A stretch of 24,000 nt of DNA from Gammaproteobacteria bacterium (GTDB taxonomy: Bacteria; Pseudomonadota; Gammaproteobacteria; Nevskiales; Nevskiaceae). Where the stretch lies: assembly GCA_031396115.1 (NCBI GenBank), contig JANNKD010000221.1, positions 6,731-30,730 of the forward strand, given 5' to 3'. Under the pieces are notes generated by a model. That model had not been told where the DNA came from, ran no database searches, and saw only the letters and a program-made list of their open reading frames with translations. This document shows, one piece after another, positions 1 to 8,119 of this stretch (the first letter of the stretch is position 1; every line of letters begins with the position of its first letter). The position numbers were made by a program, and so were the translations under genes.

Positions 1-2
1 TG

Positions 3-905
3 GTCGCGGCCGCGAGTGGACTGGTGAACCTTTGCCTCGGCCAGTGGCAGGTGCGAGGGCAGGCGGCGCGTTACGGCGCGCTGCAGGTGACGATGGGCCT
101 CGGCCTGGCGCTGTTCGCGCTGGGCCTGGTGCTGGGCCTGGACCTGGGCGCGGAGGGCCGCATCCTGGCGCAACTCCTCGTCTCGCTGGCCGCCGCGGCG
201 TTCGGTTACGCGGTGCTGCGCCGCGGCGGGATGGCCGCGCTGGCGTGGAACCCGGCGCACTGGCGGGAAGTGCTGACGTTTGGCGTACCGTTGCTCCCGC
301 ACGTCGCCGGCGTTTTCCTGCTGAGCGCCGCGGACCGCATGATCGTCCAGGATGCGCTGGGGCTGGGGGCGGCCGGCATCTACATGGTCGCGGTCCAGCT
401 CGCCATGGCGCTGGCGCTCGCCTCCGACGCATTCAACAAGGCCTACGTGCCGTGGCTGTATGAACGCCTGCAGCGCGATTCCGCCGAGGAGAAGTCCCGC
501 ATCGTGCGGGGCACCTACGGATACTTCGCGTTCGCGCTGGCGGTGGCGGCGCTGGTCGCGGCACTGGCGCCGTGGCTCGTGCCGTGGCTGGCGGGCGACG
601 GCTACGGCGAAGCCGCGCGCCTGCTGGGCTGGCTGGCGCTCGGGCAGGCATTTCAGGGCATGTATCTCATGGTCACCAACTACATCTTCTTTTCCCGGCG
701 CACGGCGGCGCTGTCCGTGGTCACCATCGGCTCGGGTCTGGTGTACGTCACGCTCGCCCTGGTGCTGGTGCGGCTGGCCGGTCTCGAAGGCGTGGCGATT
801 GCGTTCGCGGTCACGATGGGCCTGCGCTTCCTGCTGACGTGGGCGGTCGCCCAGCGCGTGCACCCGATGCCGTGGTTCGCGTTGCGGACGGCGGCATCGG
901 CATGA
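3..905 (+). CDS. Polysaccharide/O-antigen flippase, Wzx-like (MOP superfamily), C-terminal part; 5' end lies outside the window
   Basis: The frame is open from the window start, so the M at 24 is probably internal. About 8 hydrophobic helices (GLGLALFALGLVLGL, LLVSLAAAAFGYAVL, FAFALAVAALVAALAPWLV, LVYVTLALVLVRL). The VPLLPHVAGVFLLSAADRMIV segment is typical of Polysacc_synt-type flippases. The stop overlaps the next start (ATGA at 902-905). Confidence 0.6.
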   Translation, partial: VAAASGLVNLCLGQWQVRGQAARYGALQVTMGLGLALFALGLVLGLDLGAEGRILAQLLVSLAAAAFGYAVLRRGGMAALAWNPAHWREVLTFGVPLLPHVAGVFLLSAADRMIVQDALGLGAAGIYMVAVQLAMALALASDAFNKAYVPWLYERLQRDSAEEKSRIVRGTYGYFAFALAVAALVAALAPWLVPWLAGDGYGEAARLLGWLALGQAFQGMYLMVTNYIFFSRRTAALSVVTIGSGLVYVTLALVLVRLAGLEGVAIAFAVTMGLRFLLTWAVAQRVHPMPWFALRTAASA

Positions 906-1999
906 GTCCTGAAGCCTTGCTGTCGTTCGCGCGGCTGTATCGACGCGGGCACACTGCGGCGTCCGGCGCGGCGGCCCTCTTCAATGCCTACGCGGGCTTG
1001 CCCGCGGGTGAGCCGGTGCCCCTGTCCCTGTCGCACGGGGTCGATTTCGGCCACTGCCGCCAGCCGCAGGACCTCGCCAGCATCGAGCCGATCCACTGGT
1101 GCTACACCGAACGCATCCATGCGCGGGCCGCGCCGCTCAAGCCCGCGCTGCTCGCGCCGCATCCGTGGATCCTGCTGATGCGGTCGGCCACGGTTCCGCG
1201 CGGCACGGGCACGCTGGTGATCGGCCCGCCGCCGGGGCCGGCCAACGATCGCGGCATGCTCGAGCTGCTGCGCCGGCATGTGTCCGGCCCGGCGACGATC
1301 CTGGTCAAGCAGGTCGGCCACCACGATGCGTCGCAGCGCTTCTGGCGCGATCACGGATTCGACGTCACCGGCGTCGCGCCCCGCACCGGTGCGCTGTACC
1401 CGTCGCTGTTCGCGCTGCTGGCCCGCTTCGAAACGGTGATCGGCTTCACCTTCTCGAGCGCGCTGGTGTTTGCGGCCGCGCTCGGCCGGGACGCGCGTCT
1501 CGTTCCGGGTTACCGGTACCGCTCGTATTTTCCCGGCGACTATTTCGGCATCGTTGATTTCGCCGCGCCCGCGGCGCGCGAGGTGGTGAAGACGTTCCGT
1601 TCGGCGGACGCCGCGGACAAGACCGCGTGCGCCGGGCGGCTGCTGGGCGCCGATCTCGCCGTGGCGGGCACCGACGTGCGGCAGCAACTGGCCGCGCGTG
1701 TCGGCGAACTGGAGTTCGGGCTGCATGGGCTGCGCGGTGCGCCCGTCTGGTGCAAGTCAGCACTGTTCCGCCTGGCCGCGGCGCTCGATGCCCCGGCGCT
1801 GGCGCGGCTGGACCGCGAGACGCTCGAGAAGCTGGCCGGACGGCGACAGGTGCTGGACCTCGAGATCGACGAAGCGGCGATGTGGGCGGACGGGCCGGGA
1901 CCGGACAGCCTGGTGGCGCGAACCCGGCGCTACGTCGCCGGCGAGACCGAGCCGGGCACCGCGGTGGACCGCTACGCGCCCGCAGCGCGGAAGCCGTGA
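902..1999 (+). CDS. Hypothetical protein (365 aa), no family recognised; translationally coupled inside the glycan operon
   Basis: Track ORF 572..1999 trimmed to the ATG at 902 (MSPEALLSF...), which forms an ATGA overlap with the upstream stop. The part upstream of 902 is Arg/Gly-rich shadow sequence. The stop at 1997-1999 overlaps the next ATG (TGATG). No TM segments or motifs that I recognise. Confidence 0.55.
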   Translation: MSPEALLSFARLYRRGHTAASGAAALFNAYAGLPAGEPVPLSLSHGVDFGHCRQPQDLASIEPIHWCYTERIHARAAPLKPALLAPHPWILLMRSATVPRGTGTLVIGPPPGPANDRGMLELLRRHVSGPATILVKQVGHHDASQRFWRDHGFDVTGVAPRTGALYPSLFALLARFETVIGFTFSSALVFAAALGRDARLVPGYRYRSYFPGDYFGIVDFAAPAAREVVKTFRSADAADKTACAGRLLGADLAVAGTDVRQQLAARVGELEFGLHGLRGAPVWCKSALFRLAAALDAPALARLDRETLEKLAGRRQVLDLEIDEAAMWADGPGPDSLVARTRRYVAGETEPGTAVDRYAPAARKP

Positions 2000-2754
2000 T
2001 GGCGTTCCTGCGGCCGTTGGGGACCGTCGCGGCCTACCTGCGCATGTTCGGGGCGATGGGGGTTCCGCACCTGCTGTTCTGCCTCGTGTCGCGGCGCCGC
2101 AAGCGGGTGCGCGTGTCCGCGCGCTGGTCGCGCCACCCGATGTTCGTGCGGCTCAACACCTCCGACATCAACGTATTCCGCCAGGTCTTCCTCGAGGAGG
2201 AATACGCCATCACGCGCCTCGACGGCCACCGCTACGCGACCATCGTCGATGCCGGCGCCAACATCGGGCTGACCAGTGTGTGGCTGGCGGAGCGCCACCC
2301 GGACGCACGCATCTTCGCGATCGAACCCGACGCCGGGAACTTCGAGCTCCTGCAGCGCAATACTGCCGCTTACGGGCGCATCCAGTGCGCCCGCGGCGCC
2401 CTGTGGAACCGCGACCAGCCGCTGAGCCTGGACCGCGGCCACAGGGACTGGGCGTTCCAGGTCAAGCCGGCGGCCCCGGTGGCGCCGGCGCCGGTCGAGG
2501 GCTGGCGGCTCTCGACGTTCATGCAGCGCAACGGCATCGAACGCGTGTCGCTGCTGAAGCTCGATATCGAGGGGGCCGAGTACGAGGTGCTGAGCGATGC
2601 CGCTGGGTGGATCGGAAGCGTGGACAGCATCGTCGCCGAGTTGCACGAGTCCTTGCGGCCGGGGTGCCAGGCGCTGTTCGACGAGGCCACGCGGGGATTC
2701 CGCAAGCTGGCCACCGGCCGCGAGCTGACGCTGGTGACCCGGGAGGGCGGATGA
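1999..2754 (+). CDS. FkbM-family SAM-dependent methyltransferase
   Basis: Track ORF 1627..2754 trimmed to the ATG at 1999 (MAFLRPLG...). Motifs IVDAGANIGLTSVWLA (SAM-binding glycine loop) and LLKLDIEGAEYEVL are hallmarks of the FkbM family. Confidence 0.8.
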   Translation: MAFLRPLGTVAAYLRMFGAMGVPHLLFCLVSRRRKRVRVSARWSRHPMFVRLNTSDINVFRQVFLEEEYAITRLDGHRYATIVDAGANIGLTSVWLAERHPDARIFAIEPDAGNFELLQRNTAAYGRIQCARGALWNRDQPLSLDRGHRDWAFQVKPAAPVAPAPVEGWRLSTFMQRNGIERVSLLKLDIEGAEYEVLSDAAGWIGSVDSIVAELHESLRPGCQALFDEATRGFRKLATGRELTLVTREGG

Positions 2755-3788
2755 GCGCGCTCGTGTCGGCGGTCATGCCCTGTTTCAACGCCGCTCGCTT
2801 CCTCGACGCGGCGCTCGACAGCCTGCTGCGCCAGACGCACGTCGAACTGGAAGTGGTCGCGGTCGATGACGGCTCGACTGACGCTACCGCCGCGATCCTG
2901 GAGCGCCGGGCGCGGTTCGATCCGCGCATCCGCGTGGTCCGGCTCGAGCGCAACCAGGGCATCGTCGCAGCGCTGAACCGCGGCCTCGACGAGGCGCGCG
3001 GAGCATTCATCGCGCGGCTCGACGCCGACGATGTTGCCCTGCCGGAGCGCCTGGCCGTGCAGCTGGAGTTCCTCCACCAACACCGGCTCGACCTGTGCGG
3101 CAGCTGGTTCGTCGAGTTTGGCCAGGGCCTTGCGCGCATCACGCGCTGGCCGCACGCCGAGGCGGCGGTGAAGGCGGGGCTGCTGTTCCAGAATCCGCTG
3201 TGCCATCCCACCGTGCTGGCGCGCCGGCAGGTATTCGAGCGCCACCGCTATCGCGAGGAATACCGCCTGTCCGAGGATTACGACCTGTTTTCCCGCGCCA
3301 GTGCCGGATTCCGCCTCGCCAACGTGCCGCGCGCGCTGACCCGTTACCGCCGGCATCCCGGGCAGGCGACGCAGGCGCGGCGCGAGGCGATGGAGGCGGT
3401 GGCGCGCAGGATCCGGCTCGAGACGCTGGCTCGCCAGGGTTTTGCCCCGACGGCGGAGGAGCAGCGCCTGCACAACCTGATCCGCGCGCCGGCCTCGATC
3501 GACCGCCTCGACGATCTGCACGGGATCGAGCGCTGGCTCGGCACGCTGCTCGCCGCGCACGCCGACCCGGACGCGCGCCAAGTGATCGCGTCGCAGTGGC
3601 TGCGCGCGTGCATCCGCGCCGCGCCGCTGGGTGGACGCATGTGGCGCGCCTGGCGCAATTCGCCGCTGCGCGCGGCCGCCGGCGCCGGCCGCGGCGTGGA
3701 CCTCGACCTGCGCGCGCTGACGCTGCTGCGACTCGACTACGCGGGCGCGGCGTTCTTCTGGTTGCGCCGCCTGGGACTCAGCGCGTGA
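2751..3788 (+). CDS. Family 2 glycosyltransferase (GT-A fold)
   Basis: Track ORF 1698..3788 trimmed to the ATG at 2751 (MSALVSAVMPCFNAARFLDAALDSLLRQT), with an ATGA overlap to the upstream stop. N-terminal VSAVMPCFN...VVAVDDGSTD and the DADD motif (ARLDADDV) are typical of GT2. Its position directly upstream of glf resembles galactofuranosyltransferase/glf pairs, but that link is inference. Confidence 0.8.
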   Translation: MSALVSAVMPCFNAARFLDAALDSLLRQTHVELEVVAVDDGSTDATAAILERRARFDPRIRVVRLERNQGIVAALNRGLDEARGAFIARLDADDVALPERLAVQLEFLHQHRLDLCGSWFVEFGQGLARITRWPHAEAAVKAGLLFQNPLCHPTVLARRQVFERHRYREEYRLSEDYDLFSRASAGFRLANVPRALTRYRRHPGQATQARREAMEAVARRIRLETLARQGFAPTAEEQRLHNLIRAPASIDRLDDLHGIERWLGTLLAAHADPDARQVIASQWLRACIRAAPLGGRMWRAWRNSPLRAAAGAGRGVDLDLRALTLLRLDYAGAAFFWLRRLGLSA

Positions 3789-4888
3789 GCGCGCGCCCCG
3801 ATTTCCTGGTGGTCGGCGCCGGCTACGCCGGCAGCGTGGTCGCGCGCGAGGCGGCCGACGCCGGCCGGACCGTGCACGTGGTCGACAAGCGCCCGCACAT
3901 CGCCGGCAACGCCTACGACGAACCCGACGCGCACGGCGTGCGCGTGCATCGCTACGGCCCGCACATCTTTCACACCAACGCCGAGCGCATCTTCCAGTGG
4001 CTGGCGCGCTTCACGCAGTGGCGCGCGTACGAGCACCGCGTGCTGTCGGTGGTGGGCGGCCGGCAGTACCCGTTCCCGATCAACCGCACGACGCTGAACC
4101 GGCTCTACGGGCTGGACCTCGACGAGGCTGGCGCAGCCGCGCACTTCGCGCGCGCGCGCGAGCCGCGCGAGCCGCCGCAGACCAGCGAGGACGTCGTGCT
4201 GAACTCGGTCGGCCGCGACCTGTACGAGAAATTCTTCCTCAACTACACGCGCAAGCAGTGGGGGCTGGATCCTTCGCAGCTGAAGGCCGGCGTCGCGGCG
4301 CGCATTCCGTTTCGCACCGACACAGACGACCGCTATTTCACCGACGCGTTCCAGGCCATGCCGGGCGACGGCTACACCGCGATGTTCCGCAACATCCTCG
4401 ACCACCCGCGCATCCGCGTGACGCTCGGCGTCGATTTCCACGCTGAGCGCGAGCGGCTCGCGGGCAAGCACACGGTGTACACCGGGCCGATCGACGCGTA
4501 CTTCGGTTGCCGCTTCGGGCGGCTGCCGTACCGCTCGCTGCGCTTCGAGCACGAGCACCTGCCGGGGGTCGAGCGCTTCCAGCCGGTCGGCACGGTCAAC
4601 TATCCCAACGACCACGCCTACACGCGCATCACCGAGTTCAAGCACCTGACCATGCAGGCGCACGCGGGCACGTCGATCGTGCGCGAGTACCCGCAGGCCG
4701 AGGGTGATCCGTACTACCCGGTGCCGCGGACGGAAAACGAAGCGCTCTACAAGCGCTACGAAGCGCTCGCCGCCGAGGATCGCAACGTGACCTTCGTCGG
4801 GCGGCTCGCGCAGTACCGCTACTACAACATGGACCAGGTGGTCGGCGCCGCGCTGGCCGCGGCGCGGCGGCTGCTGGACCCGGGCTAG
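3785..4888 (+). CDS. glf: UDP-galactopyranose mutase
   Basis: Track ORF 3095..4888 trimmed to the GTG at 3785 (GTGA overlap). FAD fold VVGAGYAGSV; conserved Glf blocks HIAGNAYD, HRYGPHIFHTN, YTRKQWG, YTGPIDAYFGCRFGRLPYRSLRFE, YTRITEFKH, GDPYYPV, FVGRLAQYRYYNMDQVV. These line up with E. coli Glf as I recall it. Confidence 0.9.
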   Translation: MSARPDFLVVGAGYAGSVVAREAADAGRTVHVVDKRPHIAGNAYDEPDAHGVRVHRYGPHIFHTNAERIFQWLARFTQWRAYEHRVLSVVGGRQYPFPINRTTLNRLYGLDLDEAGAAAHFARAREPREPPQTSEDVVLNSVGRDLYEKFFLNYTRKQWGLDPSQLKAGVAARIPFRTDTDDRYFTDAFQAMPGDGYTAMFRNILDHPRIRVTLGVDFHAERERLAGKHTVYTGPIDAYFGCRFGRLPYRSLRFEHEHLPGVERFQPVGTVNYPNDHAYTRITEFKHLTMQAHAGTSIVREYPQAEGDPYYPVPRTENEALYKRYEALAAEDRNVTFVGRLAQYRYYNMDQVVGAALAAARRLLDPG

Positions 4889-4898
4889 GCCGGGACCG

Positions 4899-5999
4899 AT
4901 GCGGATCGCCTACCTGTGCAAGCGGCGCTACATGAGCAAGGACGTGATCCTCGACCGCTACGCGCGCCTGTACGAGATTCCGTTCCAGCTCGCGCGGCTC
5001 GGCCATCCGGTGCGCGCGTGGTGCCTGCAGTACCGCGCCTCCGGCGCGGGCCGCTGGACGCACGACGCCGGCGCGGCGAGCGTCGAATGGATCGCGCGCG
5101 GGCTGGTGCCGGGCCTGGCGGCGTATCCGTTCCGGGTGCTGCGCGAGATCGAAGCGTTCGCGCCCGACCTGCTGATCGGCGCGTCCGACATCCCGCACGT
5201 GGTGCTGACGGCATGGCTGGCGCGGCGCCTGGGCAAGCCCTGGGTGGCCGACCTTTACGACAACTTCGAAGGCTTCGGCCAGGCGCGCATCCCCGGCTTC
5301 GTCGGTGCACTGCGCCGTGCGGTGCGCGGCGCCGACGTCGTGCTGACGACCAGCGAGCCGCTGCGCGAGTTTGTGCTCGAGGAATACGGCGCGCGCGGTG
5401 AGGTGATCGCGATGCCCAGCTCGGTCGACAAGGCCGTGTTCCGCCCGCGCGATCGCGCGCAGGCGCGCCGCGCGCTGGGGTTGCCGGAACAGGGCCTGCT
5501 GGTCGGCACGGCCGGCGGCCTGAACCGCGACAAGGGCATCGGCGATCTCTACGACGCCTGGCGCGTGCTGCGCGACGCCGAGCCGGACGCGCACCTGGTG
5601 CTGGCCGGCCCGGCCGAAGGCGGCTTCCCGCCGCCGGCGGGGCCGCGCGTGCACGCGCTCGGCGCGCTGGCGCACGCGCGCGTCGCCGAGCTGTTCAGCG
5701 CGCTGGACGTCGGCGCGATCTGCGTGCGCGACACGCCGTTCGGCCGCTACTGTTTTCCGCAGAAGGCCTACGAGATGCTGGCCTGCGAGCTGCCGGTGGT
5801 GGCCGCGGACGTCGGCGCGATGGGGCGGTTCCTGTCGGGCACGCCCGGCGCGTTGTACCGCCCCGGCGACGGCGCCGACCTCGCCGACAAATTGCGCGCG
5901 CAGCTCAAGGCGCGCGCGCGGCCCGACGTGCCGATCGACGGCTGGCAGGACCTGATCGGGAAGATCGAGCCGAAGCTACGCGGCCTGGCGCGCGCCTGA
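4899..5999 (+). CDS. Family 4 (GT-B, group 1) glycosyltransferase
   Basis: 366-aa ORF. C-terminal nucleotide-sugar-binding region with an EX7E-like motif (FPQKAYEMLACELPVVAADVG). Overall GT4 layout, beginning MRIAYLCKR... The 3' end overlaps the convergent GT4 gene by 24 nt. Confidence 0.75.
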   Translation: MRIAYLCKRRYMSKDVILDRYARLYEIPFQLARLGHPVRAWCLQYRASGAGRWTHDAGAASVEWIARGLVPGLAAYPFRVLREIEAFAPDLLIGASDIPHVVLTAWLARRLGKPWVADLYDNFEGFGQARIPGFVGALRRAVRGADVVLTTSEPLREFVLEEYGARGEVIAMPSSVDKAVFRPRDRAQARRALGLPEQGLLVGTAGGLNRDKGIGDLYDAWRVLRDAEPDAHLVLAGPAEGGFPPPAGPRVHALGALAHARVAELFSALDVGAICVRDTPFGRYCFPQKAYEMLACELPVVAADVGAMGRFLSGTPGALYRPGDGADLADKLRAQLKARARPDVPIDGWQDLIGKIEPKLRGLARA

Positions 6000-7205
6000 A
6001 CCTGCGCTGGCCACGCAGGCCTCGATGAAGTCGCCGTAAGCGTTCGCGATTCGGGTCCAGTCGAAGCGATCGCCGGCGAAAGCGCGGATGCGTGCGGCGC
6101 TCGCCGCCGCCGCGGCGGGATCCTCCAGCAGCCGCAGCACGCCGGCAGCGAGCCGCAAGGGGTCGCCTGCCGGGACGGTTACTTCGCTGCGCGCGGGTCC
6201 TAGCAGGTCTTCGATGCCGCGCACGTCCCCGGCCAGCACCGGGCAGCCGCAGGCGACCGCTTCCATCAACGCCACCGGCAGGCCTTCCTGGTCGCCGGAT
6301 TGCTCGCGCACGAACGGCGCCACGAACAGCGCCGCGCGCCGATAAAGGTCGGGCAAGTCCTTTTGCTCGCGAGCTCCGAGGAAGCGCACCGCGTCGCCGA
6401 GCGCGAGCTGCTGCGCGAGCGCACGCAGCGCCGGCTCCTCGGGGCCATAGCCGGCGATGTCGAGCACGACACGCGGCCGCTTTGCGCGCACCGCCGGCAG
6501 CGCTTCCAGCAGGTGCCGCAGTCCTTTCTTTGGCACCAGCCGGCCGACGAACAGCAGGCGGTCCGGCTCGCGCACGGCCGTGGCATCCGGCACGAAGCGT
6601 CCGCGCAGGTCCACGCCCATCGGGATCACGTCGAGGCGGGCGGGGCGCAGGCCCAGCCGCTGCGCCTCGTCGCGCATGGCGGTGCTGACGACCGTCATGC
6701 CGGCGGCGCCCGCGGCGATGCGGCGCTTGAGCGCGGACAGCAGTCGCCCGCGCAGCCCATAGAGGTCGCCGCCGTGCGAGGTCAGGATGCAGGGTGCGCC
6801 GAGCGCGCGCGCCACCAGTCCTTGCGGGACCAGCCAGTGCGCGTGGATCGCATCGAAGCGCTGCTGGTGCAGCAGGCGGCGCGCGGCAAGATATTGCGCC
6901 AGCACGAAGCCGGGCAGCAGCAGCCATTTCCACGGCGAGCGGCGCAGGTTGGCGACGATGCCGCCTCCCGCCACCAGCGTCTGCCAGCGGCGCGGCGCGT
7001 AGCGGTAGCGCACGACTTCGACGCCGTCGAGGGTGCCGCCCGGCTGCGCGTCCGGCGCGTCCGGCACGAGGGCGACCACGTCGAAGCGCCGCGCGAGGCG
7101 CTTGCACAGTTCGTGGACGAAGCCCGGCTCGGGATCGCCGGGCCAGCGCGGGTAGGTGGACGCCAGGACCAGGATCCGCAGCCGCGCGGCGGCCCCGGCG
7201 GCCAT
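5976..7205 (-). CDS. Family 4 (GT-B, group 1) glycosyltransferase
   Basis: 409-aa ORF. RILVLASTYPRWPGDPEPGFVHELCKRLARR is a typical GT4 N-terminus. GGDLYG; LLFVGRLVPKKG; EX7E motif QEGLPVALMEAVACGCPVLAGDV. The start codon overlaps the upstream stop by 1 nt (TAATG on the minus strand). Confidence 0.8.
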   Translation of the reverse strand: MAAGAAARLRILVLASTYPRWPGDPEPGFVHELCKRLARRFDVVALVPDAPDAQPGGTLDGVEVVRYRYAPRRWQTLVAGGGIVANLRRSPWKWLLLPGFVLAQYLAARRLLHQQRFDAIHAHWLVPQGLVARALGAPCILTSHGGDLYGLRGRLLSALKRRIAAGAAGMTVVSTAMRDEAQRLGLRPARLDVIPMGVDLRGRFVPDATAVREPDRLLFVGRLVPKKGLRHLLEALPAVRAKRPRVVLDIAGYGPEEPALRALAQQLALGDAVRFLGAREQKDLPDLYRRAALFVAPFVREQSGDQEGLPVALMEAVACGCPVLAGDVRGIEDLLGPARSEVTVPAGDPLRLAAGVLRLLEDPAAAAASAARIRAFAGDRFDWTRIANAYGDFIEACVASAGSGARQAA

Positions 7206-8080
7206 TAGTCCGGCTTGCGCTGGCTGTAGAGCAGCTGCGTGATCTGCTCCGAAACCAGCCCGATCAGGAAGATGAGCACCGAGCTGGTGAACAGCAGCAG
7301 CCCCAGGTTGGTGAAGCGGCCCAGCGTCACGTACGTGTACGTGTAGTAGCCGGCGCCCAGCAGGAAGAACAGCAGGCTGACAGGCGCGAAGATCTTCAGC
7401 GGCGAGTACAGCGTGCCGACGCGGAAGATGATCAACAGGAAGCGCCCGCCGTCGCGCAGGATGCGGATGTGGCTCTTGGCGCCGGCGGGCCGCCGCGCCA
7501 CCGGCACCGGCACGTACGCCACGGAGTAACCGGCGCGCAGGAACGCCAGCGTGATCGTGGTCGGGTAGGAGAACCCGTTCGGCAGCAGCGGCAGGAAGTC
7601 GCGGAACACGTTGGCGCGCGCGACGCGAAAGCCCGAGGTCAGGTCGAGGATGCGCACGCCGGTGATCCAGGTCGCGAGCGTGTTGTAGACCCAGTTGGCC
7701 AGGCGCCGGAACACGCTGGCGTGCATCGCGCCGGAGCGCGCGCCCACGGCCATGTCGTAGCCCGCGTCGATTTGCGCCAGCAGCGCCGGCAGGTGCTCGG
7801 GGGCATGCTGGCCGTCGGCGTCCATGAACGCCAGCAGGTCACCGGTGGCCGCGCGTGCGCCGGCCTTGATCGCCGCGCCGTTGCCGCGGCTCACCGGATG
7901 GCGCACCACGCGCGCGCCGGCCGCGGTCGCGATCGCGGCGGTGTCGTCGGACGAGCCGTCGTCGACGATGACGATCTCCGCGTCCGGCAGCGACGCCCGC
8001 AGGCCCGCCACCAGGGATCCGACGGTTGCCGCTTCGTTCTTGGCGGGGATGACCACCGAGACTTTCGGGGTGCTGCTCAT
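7205..8080 (-). CDS. Polyprenyl-phosphate glycosyltransferase, GT2 (GtrB/ArnC/DPM1-like)
   Basis: 291 aa. VSVVIPAKNEAATV...IVIVDDGSSDDT...FMDADGQH forms a GT2 catalytic core. Two C-terminal TM helices follow (IFAPVSLLFFLLGAGYY; LLLFTSSVLIFLIGLVSEQI). This architecture is characteristic of enzymes that load a single sugar onto undecaprenyl/dolichyl phosphate. Confidence 0.75.
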   Translation of the reverse strand: MSSTPKVSVVIPAKNEAATVGSLVAGLRASLPDAEIVIVDDGSSDDTAAIATAAGARVVRHPVSRGNGAAIKAGARAATGDLLAFMDADGQHAPEHLPALLAQIDAGYDMAVGARSGAMHASVFRRLANWVYNTLATWITGVRILDLTSGFRVARANVFRDFLPLLPNGFSYPTTITLAFLRAGYSVAYVPVPVARRPAGAKSHIRILRDGGRFLLIIFRVGTLYSPLKIFAPVSLLFFLLGAGYYTYTYVTLGRFTNLGLLLFTSSVLIFLIGLVSEQITQLLYSQRKPD

Positions 8081-8119
8081 GATGTCCGGTGCCCGCGTCG
8101 GCTCATTTGACGGCGCATT

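Noticed and set aside
5905-8110. Long alternative-frame ORFs (5905..7107 minus, 6300..7208 plus, 6794..8110 plus) over the GT4/GT2 genes
   Set aside because: Their translations are extreme in Arg/Ala/Pro. The chosen frames contain GT4 EX7E and GT2 DDGS/DAD motifs and show start/stop coupling.
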